From: Anaeramoeba ignava BMAN
Lineage: Eukaryota > Protista > Anaeramoebae
Direction of reading: 5' to 3'
DNA: 64,000 bases
Assembly (NCBI GenBank): GCA_028826165.1
Contig: JAPDFW010000058.1
Span: forward strand, 62,001-126,000
The number at the start of each line of letters is the position of its first letter. Position 1 is the stretch's first letter. Positions 12,290 through 24,098 of the stretch are shown here, piece after piece. The notes under the pieces were generated by a model. The model made no database searches and was not told where the DNA came from. It saw nothing but the letters and a program-made list of their open reading frames with translations. The translations under genes were made by a program, and so were the position numbers.

Positions 12290-13333
12290 ATGTCTTTATC
12301 AGTTTCAAATAATGAAAAACAAACAGAAATTCAAATGAAAGAAATGCAAATTAAAAATGATTCACTTTCTGAAATGAAATCTCAAATGAAGAAATTATTG
12401 ATAAAAAAAAACGAAAGAGAACAATCAATTCGTGATTGGTTTTATGGAAATATCCAAAATTTAAAGAATATTTATGAAGCAGAAGTAATTGTTGCTTATG
12501 AAAAATATAACTCAAGTGTTGATCATGCAAAATCAAAATTTTCCAATTTTTTTGATCAACAAAACAAACACTCAATTCAAAAATCAAAAAAAAAACAACG
12601 TATTTTATAAAAATATTTGTTTCTTATTAATTATAAATTTATTTATAATTGAATTTTAAAAAAAAATTTTTTTTTTTGTTTCTTTTAGAAAATTTAGAGA
12701 AATTGAAAAAACAAGTGGAAAATACAAAAGAAATCCAATTCCCTTCTGTTATTGATTCAAGTATTTAATTTAAATTTTAATTTAATTTTAATTTAATTTA
12801 ATTTAATTTTAATTTTGAAAAAAAAAAAGATACAAAAGAAAAACCTTTTCTTTCTCAAGAAGAAATTGCGAAAGACCTAAAAATGATACAAGGACAATAT
12901 CACAAATCCAAAATACAAACTAATCCAATTTCGCATCAATCTACAAATTATTCAGATTTTATAACTCAAAAAAACCCAAAATTAAATCCACAAAATCAAA
13001 AAGAAGAAAAAAAAGTTTGGATTGAAAATAATTCTTTAATGTATCATGGAACGAAATTTTCATGTGATTTAGCAGTTTATATTCAACGCAGTAATGATGA
13101 ATTAAAGTGGTATGGTGTAATTAAAAAGATTACTAATGATAAAGTAATTATTTCCTTTCAAATGAAAGAAAAAAAAAAGTTATTTTTGATTTCATTTCAA
13201 TTTCATGTTTTTAAATTATTTCTTTTTTAAATTATTGAATTAGATTATGGTTCTTTTAATGAATAAAACTCTTCGTGAATTTTCTGTTGAAGATTTCCAA
13301 AAAAATGACTTTTTAATTACTATGGCTGGATAA
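12290..13333 (+). CDS. Sds3/BRMS1-like Sin3-HDAC complex subunit, 4 exons
   Basis: N-terminal coiled coil (YEAEVIVAYEKY), FLSQEEIAKDLKMI, and C-terminal VWIENNSLMYHGTKFSCDLAVYI...GVIKKITNDK resembling the SUDS3 C-terminal domain. Introns 12600-12688, 12761-12829 and 13144-13243 keep the frame. Confidence 0.6.
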
Positions 13334-13486
13334 ACAAAAAGAAAGAAGTTTAATTCAATTTAAGAAGATTGAATTTGTTATGTTTTAAAGAGAATTTGTT
13401 TTCCTCTTCAAAATAAAATTTTAATCTAAATTTTAATTTTAATTTTAAATTTTTTTATAAAAAAAATAATGGAAATATTAAAAATA

Positions 13487-14359
13487 TTAAAAATTTCTTG
13501 ATGGATTATTTGGATTAATCATTGGTTGTTGAAAAGAAGGATTAAGAGGAGGAAATTGATTAATTGGTTGATTATGGATTCTTTGATTAATTGGTTGAAT
13601 ATTTGGTTGAATATTTGGTTGAATATTTGGTTGAATATTTGGTAAAGATCTTCCAAACATATTCATTTCTAACATTTTTCGATTTGCACTTTTTGCTGCT
13701 AAATATCTTTCTTCCAAAGTTCCATGTCTTTCTCCTCTTCCATCTTTTTTATAAGCATAAGAAACGGAAATGACTTTATTATATAAATACTGTCCATTCA
13801 TTGCCTCAATAGCAGCATCACTTGCTTCAAAACTATCATAAGAAACAAAACCATAACCTTTTGAAATACTAGTTTCAGGGTCTCGAACAATATTAGGTGA
13901 AGAAATCATTTGTCCGAAAATAGAAAATGCATCATAAAGCATTTTTTCATCAACATCAGGATCAAGTCCTCCAATAAAAATATTTGAACCAACATCAAAA
14001 GTCTTTTTGTCTTGTGAAGATCTTGCTATTTTCATTGGTTTCCCATATAATTTAATCATGTTCATTATAAGTTGTGCATAAATTGCATCAAATTCTGAAC
14101 GAAATTCTACAAATCCATATCCTTGATTTTCATTTGTGACTCTATCTTTAGGAATATAAACTGAAACTATATTTATTTTTAATTTATTTTTTTATATTTT
14201 TTTTATATTTATTTTTAATTTATATTTTTTTTATATTTATTTACCAACAGGTCCTGCTTGTATAAATAATTCCCATAATAATTCTTCATCTACTTGCTTA
14301 TCAAGATCTCCAATATAAAGAGTTGCTTCTTGATTTCTTTCTTTAATAACAGCACTCAT
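13487..14359 (-). CDS. SF3B4: Splicing factor 3B subunit 4 (SAP49), two RRMs, 2 exons
   Basis: [14 protein letters not shown]...[11 protein letters not shown]|[11 protein letters not shown]...[10 protein letters not shown]...[13 protein letters not shown]. Intron 14167-14244. Confidence 0.96.
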
Positions 14360-14846
14360 AATAAAAAAATGAAAAAATGAAAAATGAAAAATGAAAAAAT
14401 AAAAAAATGAAAAAATGAAAAAATGTTTTTTATTTAATTTCAAAATTGTTTTTTTTCTTTTTTTCTTTTTCTTAAAAAAAAAATCCCAAATTCTAAATTC
14501 CACTTTTTTTTCTTTCTATTTAAATTCTTTCTTTTATCATTTCCTTAAATAATTTTATTCAAAAATAATCAAAAATAATTAAATAAAATTTCAAAAAAAA
14601 AAGAAAATAAATTTTTCAATTTAAAAAAAAAGAATAAAAATTTTAATAATTATGATTTATTCTTTTAAAAAGAGAAAATTAATCTTTTTTTTTTGGATTT
14701 TTTCTTTTGAAAATTTTATTTTTGATTTAAGAATTCTAAATGAAAGAAAAATAGATAAAAAAAAAGAATTTTTGAAGGAAATCTATTTATTTCTTTAAAA
14801 AAGAAAAAGAAAAAGAAAATTTGTTTTGTTTTGTTTTGTTTTTAAT

Positions 14847-17071
14847 TTAAAAGACTTGATTTCTTCCTTTTTTCTTTTTTCCATATCTCCTTTTAGCAAT
14901 ATTTGGATTTTTTTTAGGAGTTCCAATTTCGACTTTTTGATTTAGATTAATTTTATGTGATTGAAAAAATTCGTGATCTGGATCAAAAAAGTTTGTTTTG
15001 TTGAATTTTTTGTTTTTGTGTTTTCCAAAAGAAGGCATTGTATCTTCAACAAGAATAATTTTTTTTTCGTATCTTCCTCCTTTTGGTTTCGGTAAGGGAT
15101 ATTTTTTGCCTTTTTTAGAAAGAGCTTTTGAGGAAATTTGATGGAAATGCTTTTCTCCATTTTTATCTATATGGAAAGATATTTTTTCCATTGTGTGATT
15201 TCCACAAAAATCGCAGAAAACACGATTCATATCGTTTGATATTCTTTGGCAAGCTGTGCATATCATAGCCCATCTTTTGGTTCTTCTCATTTGGATTCCA
15301 CCAACTGTTAGTAATTTTAAACCCATTTGGAGAAGAACATTTTGCATTGCGAAATCTGTTGTAATGCAAGCAGCTTGTCTTGTGAATTTTGAAGGTGATA
15401 TTTTTTTAGCTTGAATTTGTTTGATATTAGATGGAGTTATCCAATCACCATTAAAGTCATTGAATTTGGGAGTATCTTTTTCTAAATCTTTTTCTAATTC
15501 TTTTTCTAATTCTTTTTCTAAATCTTTTTCTAAATCTTTTTTTGAATCTTTTTTTGAATCTTTTTTTGAATCTTTTTCTAATTCTTTTTCTAATTCTTTT
15601 TTTGAATCTTTTTCTAAATCTTTTTTTGAATCTTTTTTTGAATCTTTTTCTAATTCTTTTTCTAATTCTTTTTTTGAATCTTTTTCTAAATCTTTTTTTG
15701 AATCTTTTTTTGAATCTTTTTCTAAATCTTTTTCTAAATGTTTTTTTGAATCTTTTTCTAAATCTTTTTTTGAATCTTTTTCTAAATCTTTTTCTAAATC
15801 TTTTTCTGAATCTTTTTTTGAATCTTTTTTTGTATCTTTTTCTAAATCTTTTTTTGAATCTTTTTTTGAATCTTTTTTTGAATCTTTTTTTGAATCTTTT
15901 TCTAAATCTTTTTTTGAATCTTTTTCTAAATCTTTTTCTAAATCTTTTTCTAATTCTTTTTCTGAATCTTTTTCTAATTCTTTTTCTAATTCTTTTTCTG
16001 ATTCTTTTTTTGATTCTTTTTCTGAATCTTTTTCTAAATCTTTTTCTGAATCTTTTTCTAAATCTTTTTTTGAATCTTTTTCTAAATCTTTTTCTAAATC
16101 TTTTTCTAAATCTTTTTCTAATTCTTTTTCTAATTCTTTTTTTGAATCTTTTTCTAAATCTTTTTCTGAATCTTTTTTTGAATCTTTTTCTGAATCTTTT
16201 TTTGAATCTTTTTCTGAATCTTTTTTTGAATCTTTTTCTGAATCTTTTTGATTTAATTCTTTTTGATTTAATTCTTTTTGGTTTAATTCTTTTTGATTTA
16301 ATTCTTTTTGATTTGATTCTTTTTGATTTAATTCTTTTTGGTTTGATTCTTTTGGATTTAATTCTTTTTGATTTGATTCTTTTTGATTTAATTCTTTTTG
16401 ATTTGATTCTTTTTGGGTTGATTCTTTTTGATTTGATTCTTTTTGATTTGATTCTAAATTATCAACAAAATCACCATATTCTTTAGGTTCAGTTCTTAAA
16501 TGATTTTTTCCATTTAATTCAATTTCTAATTGCAAAGTTAAAGCTAACACCTTAATATCTGTAGTAGATAAACCAGCAAAATCACCAGTAGATTTAGCAA
16601 AATTAACAACTAAAATCCAAATTAAAATTAAAATTAAAATTAAAATTAAAATTAAAAATTAAAATTAAAATTAAAATTAAAATTAAAATTAAAATTAAAA
16701 TTAAAATTAAAATTAAAATTAAAATTAAAAATTAAAATTAAAATTAAAATTAAAATTAAAATTAAAATTAAAATTAAAATTAAAATTAAAATTAAAATTA
16801 AAATTAAAATTAAAATTAAAATTAAAATTGAAATTAAAATTAAAATTAAAATAAATTAACTTGTTTTAATTGAATCAGGATGAGGTTCTTTAATTTGAAG
16901 AGGAAAAGCTAAAGATTGTAATAAACGTCTTGCTTTTGTATCTTTTATTTCATCTAAAACTTCTTGAACAGTAAAAAGTTGAGATGAAATATTTTCAAGT
17001 TTTACTCCTTGAATAAAAGCACCTGTATCAATAACAACATAATCATCTTTTTCAGGATCTCTTATACTCAT
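14847..17071 (-). CDS. NOB1: 20S pre-rRNA D-site endonuclease NOB1 (PIN + Zn ribbon), 2 exons, large repeat insertion
   Basis: VVIDTGAFI...EVLDEIKD; FAKSTGDFAGLSTTDIKVLALT; GDWITPSNI; ACITTDFAMQNVLLQMGL; CTAC...FCDFCGN; KYPLPKPKGG. Intron 16610-16860. Confidence 0.95.
15475..16455 (-). repeat. Coding 12-nt (EKDS/KKDS/EKDL/EKEL) and 15-nt (NQKES/NQKEL) tandem repeats in NOB1
   Basis: 12-nt period over about 15475-16248 and 15-nt period over about 16248-16455, both in frame. Confidence 0.95.
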
Positions 17072-17160
17072 TTTTTTAAAAAAAAAAAGAAAAATGAAAA
17101 ATTAATTTTTTTTTGATATTTTTTTTTCATTTTTTTTTCTTTTTTTTTTTTAAAATAAAA

Positions 17161-18547
17161 ATGATTTCTCCAAAATTATTTCCTTTAAAATCTTCTTGTT
17201 TAAACCTTCAAACACTTTATCGTTCAATTAATTATAAAGTTCTTGGAGTTGAAAATCAAGTTATTGAAGTGACATTAGAACCTGGTGAAAAAATTCAAGC
17301 AAAGTTCTTATTTTAAAATTAAAATTAAAATTTAAATTAAAATTGAAATTAAAATTAAAATTAAAATCAAATTTAAAATTCATTTATAAAATTATATTTA
17401 AAATTTAAATCAAAATTAAAATTAAAATTAAAATTAAAATTAAAATTAAAATCAAAATTAAAATTAAAATTAAAATCAAAATCAAAATTAATATTATAAT
17501 TAAAATTAAAATTAAAATTAAAATTAAAATTAAAATTAAAAATTAAAATTAAAATTAAAATTAAAATTAAAATTAAAATTAAAATTAAAATTAAAATTAA
17601 AATTAAAATTAAAATTAAAATTAAAATTAAAATCAAAATTAAAATTCATTTTTGAAATTAAAATTAAAATCAAAATTAAAATTAAAATTAAAATTAAAAT
17701 TAAAATTAAAATTAAAATTAAAATTAAAATTAAAATTAAAATCAAAATTAAAATTAAAAATTAAAATTGAAATTAAAATTGAAATTAAAATTAAAATTAA
17801 AATTAAAATTAAAATTAATATTTGAAATTAAAATTCATTTTTGAAATTAAAATTAAAATTAAATTTATAAAATTAAAATTAAAAAGTCCAACATCGATTA
17901 TGTATCAAGATCAAGGAATCGAAGTTTCAACAAAAGCAAAAGGAGGATTTCGAAAATCAATTTCACGAATGTTTATAGGAGAATCATTTCTATTAATGAA
18001 TGCAAAAAACACAACAAACGAAACAAAGAAGTTAATTTTAACAAAAAAATATCCAGGAGAAATATTTCCACTTGAATTAGATGAAAAATCATGGGTGATC
18101 GATCGAGGAACATTTCTTGGGTCAACAACCGACATCGATTTCCAAAGCAAATGGCTCGGATTCAAAATAGGGTTATTCACACGAAAAACACTATCAATTG
18201 AAAAACTAATCAAAACAGATCCACAAAAGAAAAATTCAATTGCTTTTTGCAGTTGTGGTGGATCATCAATAAAACGTCAATTAAAACCTGATGAAAAAAT
18301 CCTCGTTTCTTCTTCCCATCTTGTTGCATTCAACGAATCCGTTAAAATACAAGCAAAATGGATTAAGGGTTTTTGGAATAAATTAGTCGGTTATCGATCT
18401 CTTTTTGAAATATCTTTAACTGGTCCTGGTGACGTTATTTTGCAAACAAATCCTTTTAATGATTTTATGAACTTGATTCAATCAAAAATCGTTACTTATT
18501 CAAATAATTATTATGATTTCGATAAACGCGATGATGATGATTATTAA
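17161..18547 (+). CDS. AIM24-family protein with possible N-terminal organellar presequence, 2 exons
   Basis: YKVLGVENQVIEVTLEPGEKIQA|NPTSIMY...RMFIGESF...YPGEIFPLEL...GGSSIKRQLKPDEKILVSSSHLVAF...LTGPGDVILQT fits the AIM24/TIGR00266 pattern. Intron 17304-17886 is AAAATT-filled. Confidence 0.85.
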
Positions 18548-18630
18548 ATTTTGCTTCTCTTTTCTTTTTTAAAAAAATCCCAAAAATTATTTTCAATTTT
18601 TCATTTTTCATTTTTTTTTTCTTTTCAAAA

Positions 18631-20502
18631 ATGAATGAAATTTTATTTTGTGGTTCAAATCAATATCCAAGACTTATCAAAAATAAACCAGATAAATTAT
18701 CAAAACGAACTCATTTCAAATTTGAAAATCAAAATCAAAATAGAAGCCAAATTAAACAAATTTCATCAAATTTTTTTTCAACAATTTTCCTTTTTGAAAA
18801 TGGAAAAGCAATCGAGCATTTGCAAAATACACATCAAAATCCTCATAAAATCCCAATTGAAAATATTCAAAAAGTATCTGTTGGTTTTCGAAATAAAGCT
18901 ATTTTAACTGCAGATGGAATTGTATTTGCTAAAGGAAAACATTTCAATCCAAATGAATTTATCAATATTTCATCATTAATTGAAGATCCAAATGATAGAA
19001 TAATTGAAGATATTATTTGTTCTTTTAGTTCAATTTACTTATTAACTTCAAATCAAAATGCTTATGGAATTGGTTCAAATCAATATGGCCAACTTGGAAT
19101 TAGTCCTAAAACACTTAGAAAAACACAAAAACCAATTTTAATGATGAAAAATGTTTCTAAAATATTTTCAGGAAATAATTCATATCATGTTTTTCTTTTA
19201 AATTTAAATCAAGAACTATTTGGATGTGGAGATAATGATCATGGCCAACTTGGATTAGGAGAATCAACAAAAGAAGAAGATAAAATCCAAAAATTAACCA
19301 AAATCCAAAATATTCCAAAAGGTAAAATAATTGATATTCAATGTGGTGCGGCTCATTCAATAATGTTAATTGAAAATCAAAATGAAAATCCAAAAAGAAA
19401 ACTTTATTCATGTGGAAATTGTAGATTCAATGGACTTGGCAAAGATGAAGAAGATACTTATGAATTTACTGAAATCAAATCATCTTTATTTGAAAATGAT
19501 GATGATATTATTCTTGGTTTTTCTTGTGGATATGATTTTACTTCAATTTTAACTTCAAATTCAAAAATTATAGCATTTGGAGGTAATGAATTTGGTCAAT
19601 TCGGAATTAAAGATACAAAAAAATATCAATTAGCTCCAATTCAAATTGAACTTCCTAAATTAAGATTTAATCAAAATATTTTCAATTATCATATTTCTTG
19701 TGGATATCAGAATTCATTTGTTTATTATTCTCCTTTTTCTCCTTTTTCCAATCTTGAAGAAGATTTGATAAAATTATTCCAAAGAAAAGAATTTTGTGAT
19801 ATTTCATTTAAAACCAAAAATGAAGAAATAATTGAAGCTCATAAATTAATATTGAAATATAGATTAAAAAATCAAAATCAAATTTCAAAACTTAAAGAAA
19901 TTATTTCAAATAAATCAATTAAAGAATCAAATCAAATATTTGAAATGATTTATTCAAACAAAAAAATAAATCCAAAATTATATTCCGAAATTAAAGAAAT
20001 TATAAATTTAAATGAAAAAATTGAAGAAACAATTAAAAGAATTTATTTAAATGAAAATGAAAATGATTTTATAATTGAAAGAAAAGAAAAACAATATAAA
20101 TTTCCTAAATTAATATTAGCAATGAGAAGTGAATTATATCGAGGAATGTTTTTATCTGTAACAGAAGATACTTCAAATAAAGTTACAGATTATAGTGAAT
20201 TAAGTAATAAATCATTCCAAATATTTGAATATTGGATTTATTCAAATCAAATTAAAAATGAAATTGAAATTACACAAGAAATGATTGATGAAATTCAAAT
20301 TGGAATTGATTATTTTCAATTAAATCAAACAAATCCAAATTTATTTGATTTATTAATTAAGAAATTTAATTATCAAGAAAACAAAAAGGAAATACAAAAA
20401 TTAAAATCAAAAATTTTGTTAAAACAACTTAAGAAAAATAATCCAAAATTCTTAAATTTATTACTTAATCAATTTATTAATCAAAATAAAAATCAAAATT
20501 AA
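18631..20502 (+). CDS. RCC1-like propeller + tandem BTB protein, array copy 1 (intact, 623 aa)
   Basis: RCC1 repeats (GSNQYGQLG, GDNDHGQLGLG, CGAAHS, CGYDFT) and BTB motifs (FCDISF...AHKLILKYRL; FPKLILAMRSELYRGMF). No introns. Confidence 0.9.
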   Translation: MNEILFCGSNQYPRLIKNKPDKLSKRTHFKFENQNQNRSQIKQISSNFFSTIFLFENGKAIEHLQNTHQNPHKIPIENIQKVSVGFRNKAILTADGIVFAKGKHFNPNEFINISSLIEDPNDRIIEDIICSFSSIYLLTSNQNAYGIGSNQYGQLGISPKTLRKTQKPILMMKNVSKIFSGNNSYHVFLLNLNQELFGCGDNDHGQLGLGESTKEEDKIQKLTKIQNIPKGKIIDIQCGAAHSIMLIENQNENPKRKLYSCGNCRFNGLGKDEEDTYEFTEIKSSLFENDDDIILGFSCGYDFTSILTSNSKIIAFGGNEFGQFGIKDTKKYQLAPIQIELPKLRFNQNIFNYHISCGYQNSFVYYSPFSPFSNLEEDLIKLFQRKEFCDISFKTKNEEIIEAHKLILKYRLKNQNQISKLKEIISNKSIKESNQIFEMIYSNKKINPKLYSEIKEIINLNEKIEETIKRIYLNENENDFIIERKEKQYKFPKLILAMRSELYRGMFLSVTEDTSNKVTDYSELSNKSFQIFEYWIYSNQIKNEIEITQEMIDEIQIGIDYFQLNQTNPNLFDLLIKKFNYQENKKEIQKLKSKILLKQLKKNNPKFLNLLLNQFINQNKNQN

Positions 20503-21160
20503 AAATTAAAATCAAAATCAAAAATTAAAATTAAAATTAAAATTAAAATTAAAATTAAAATTAAAATTAAAATTAAAATTAAAATTAAAATTAAAATTAA
20601 AATTAAAATTAAAATTAAAATTAAAATTAAAATTAAAATTAAAATTAAAATTAAAATTCATTTATAAAATTAAAATTAAAATTAAAATTAAAATTAAAAT
20701 TCATTTATATAATTAAAATTAAAATTAAAATTAAAATCAAAATCAAAATCAAAATTAAAATCAAAATTAAAATCAAAATTAAAATTAAAATTAAAATTAA
20801 AATTAAAATTAAAATTAAAATTAAAATTAAAATCAAAATCAAAAATTAAAATTAAAATTAAAATTAAAATTAAAATTAAAATTAAAATTAAAATCAAAAT
20901 CAAAAATTAAAATTAAAATTAAAATTAAAATTAAAATTAAAATTAAATTTAAAATTAAAATCCAAATAAAAATAAAAATTAAAATTAAAATTAAAATTAA
21001 AATTAAAATCAAAATTTAAATTAAAATTAAAATTAAAATTAAAATTAAAAATTAAAATTAAAATTAAAATCAAAATTAAAATCAAAATTAAAATTAAAAT
21101 TAAAATTAAAAATCAAAATTAAAATCAAAATTAAAATTAAAATTAAATTTAAAATTAAAA
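20503..21160. repeat. (AAAATT)n intergenic spacer between array copies 1 and 2
   Basis: Seen directly. Confidence 0.95.
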
Positions 21161-21169
21161 AAATTTTTT

Positions 21170-21207
21170 TTTTCATTTTTTCATTTTTCATTTTTTTCAT
21201 TTCAAAA
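21170..21207 (+). promoter_or_regulatory. Tandem TCATTTT initiator-like elements just upstream of the ATG (example of a window-wide motif)
   Basis: tttcattttttcatttttcatttttttcatttcaaaaATG. The same motif sits in sense orientation before most genes. Confidence 0.55.
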
Positions 21208-24098
21208 ATGAATGAAATTTTATTTTGTGGTTCAAATCATTATCCAAAACTTATCAAAAATAAACCAGATAGATTATCAAAACGAACTCATTTCAAATTT
21301 GAAAATCAAAATCAAAATAGAAGCCAAATTAAACAAATTTCATCAAATTTTTTTTCAACAATTTTCCTTTTTGAAAATGGAAAAGCAATAGAACATTTGC
21401 AAAATTCACATCAAAATCCTCATAAAATCCCAATTGAAAATATTCAAAAAGTATCTGTTAGTTTTCGTAATAAAGCTATTTTAACTGCAGATGGAATTGT
21501 ATTTGCTAAAGGAAAACATTTCAATCCAAATGAATTTATCAATATTTCATCATTAATTGAAGATAAAAATGATAGAGTAATTGAAGATATTATTTGTACT
21601 TTTAAATCAATTTACTTATTAACTTCAAATCAAAATGCTTATGGAACTGGTGCAAATAAAGATGCTCAACTTGGAATTAGTCCTAAAACACTTAGAAAAA
21701 CACAAAAACCAATTTTAATGATGAAAAATGTTTCTAAAATATTTTCAGGAAATAATTCATATCATGTTTTTCTTTTAAATTTAAATCAAGAACTATTTGG
21801 ATGTGGAGATAATGATCATGGCCAACTTGGATTAGGAAAATCAACAAAAGAAAAATGGAAAATCAAAAAATTAACCAAAATCCAAAAAATTCCAAAAGGT
21901 AAAATAATTGATATTCAATGTGGTGGTTCTAATTCACTAATGTTGGTTGAAAATCAAAATCAAAATCCAAAAAGAAAACTTTATTCATGTGGAGTTTATG
22001 AACATAATGGACTTGGCAAAAGATATAAACATACTTATAAATTTACTGAAATCAAATCATCTTTATTTGAAAATGATGATGATATTCTTGATTTTGCTTG
22101 TGGATACTCTTATACTTTGATATTAACAAGAAAAGGGAAACTAATAGGATTTGGGGCTAATGATTTTGGTCAATTAGGAATTAAAGATACAACAAAAACA
22201 CAATCAATTCCTATTCAAATTGAACTTCCTAAATTAAGATTTAATGAAAATATTTCAATTATCATATTCATTCCGGATATACTAAATCATTTCTTTATTA
22301 TTCTCCTTTTTCTCCTTTTTCTAATCTTGAAGAAGATTTGATAAAACTATTTAGAAGAAAAGAATTTTGTGATATTTCATTTAAAACCAAAAATGAAGAA
22401 ATAATTGAAGCTCATAAATTAATATTGAAATATAGATTAAAAGATCAAAATCAAAATCAAATTTCAAAACTTCAAGAAATTATTTCAAAAAAATCAATTA
22501 AAGAATCAAATCAAATATTTGAAATGATTTATTCAAACAAAAAAATAAATCCAAAATTATATTCTGAAATTAAAGAAATTATAAATTCAAATGAAAAAAT
22601 TGAAGAAACAATTAAAAGAATTTATTTAAATGAAAATGAAAAAGATTTTATTATTGAAAGAAAAGAAAAACAATATAAATTTCCAAAATTAATATTAATA
22701 ATGAGAAGTGAATTATATCGAGGAATGTTTTTATCTGTAACAAATGATAAATCTAATAAAGTTACAGATTATAGTGAATTAAGTAATAAATCATTTCAAA
22801 TATTTGAATATTGGATTTATTCAAATCAAATCAAAGAAGAAATTAAAATTACACAAGAAATGATTGATGAAATTAAAATTGGAATTGATTATTTTCAATT
22901 AAATCAAACAAATCCAAATTTATTTGATTTATTAATTAAGAAATTTAATTATCAAGAAAACAAAAAGAAAGAAGAAAATCAAAAATCAAAAATTTTGTTA
23001 AATCAACTCAAGAAAAATAATCCAAATTTCTTAAATTTATTACTTAATCAATTTAATAATAAAAATCAAAATCAAAATCAAAATCAAAATCAAAATATAA
23101 ATCAAAATCAAAATCAAAATCAAAATCAAAATCAAAATCAAAATCAAAATCAAAATCAAAATCAAAATCAAAATCAAATTCAAAATAAAAATCAAAATCA
23201 AAATCAAAATCAAAATCAAAATCCAAATACAAATAAATCACCTTTATTTGGAAATTCAAATCAAAATCCTAATACAAACAAATCACCTTTATTTGGAAAT
23301 TCAAATCAAAATCAAAATACAAATAAATCACCTTTATTTGGAAATTCAAATCAAAATCAAAATGCAAATAAATCACCTTTATTTGGAAATTCAAATCAAA
23401 ATCCAAATACAAATAAATCATCTTTATTTGGAAATCCAAATCAAAATCCTAATATAAGCAAATCATCTTTATTTGGAAATTCAAATCAAAATCCAAATAC
23501 AAATAAATCATCTTTATTTGGAAATTCAAATCAAAATCCAAATACAAACAAATCACCTTTATTTGGAAATTCAAATCAAAATCAAAATACAAATAAATCA
23601 CCTTTATTTGGAAATTCAAATCAAAATCCTAATACAAACAAATCATCTTTATTTGGAAATTCAAATCAAAATCTAAATACAAATAAATCATCTTTATTTG
23701 GAAATACAAATCAAAATCCTAATATAAGCAAATCATCTTTATTTGGAAATTCAAATCAAAATCCAAATACAAACAAATCATCTTTATTTGGAAATTCAAA
23801 TCAAAATCCAAATACAAATAAATCACCTTTATTTGGAAATTCAAATCAAAATCCAAACCAAAATACAAACAAATCATCTTTATTTGAAAATTCAAATCAA
23901 AATCCTAATATAAGCAAATCATCTTTATTTGGAAATTCAAATCAAAATTCAAATACAAATAAATCATCTTTATTTAGAAATTCAAATCAAAATCCTAATA
24001 CAAACAAATCATCTTTATTTGGAAATTCAAATCAAAATTCAAATCTAAGTCAAAATCAAGATCAAAATACAAACAGAACATCTTTATTTGTAAATTAA
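21208..24098 (+). CDS. RCC1-BTB array copy 2 with C-terminal SLFG/PLFG repeat tail; one 1-nt deletion near 22254
   Basis: ORFs 21208-22341 and 22338-24098 together align with copy 1. The break is aatatttcaattat versus aatattttcaattat in copy 1. Confidence 0.85.
23220..24035 (+). repeat. 45-bp coding tandem repeat, 18 copies (NPNTNKS[S/P]LFGNSNQ)
   Basis: Seen directly; 16 units carry FG, one FE and one FR. Confidence 0.95.

Noticed and set aside
15421-16486. Long + strand ORFs (SFSKSFFE..., NLFLNLFL...)
   Set aside because: Antisense shadows of the NOB1 12-nt and 15-nt repeats.
23220-24035. Regular 45-bp repeat as a possible CRISPR array
   Set aside because: No unique spacers; it is an in-frame coding repeat in a eukaryotic gene, and there are no cas genes.
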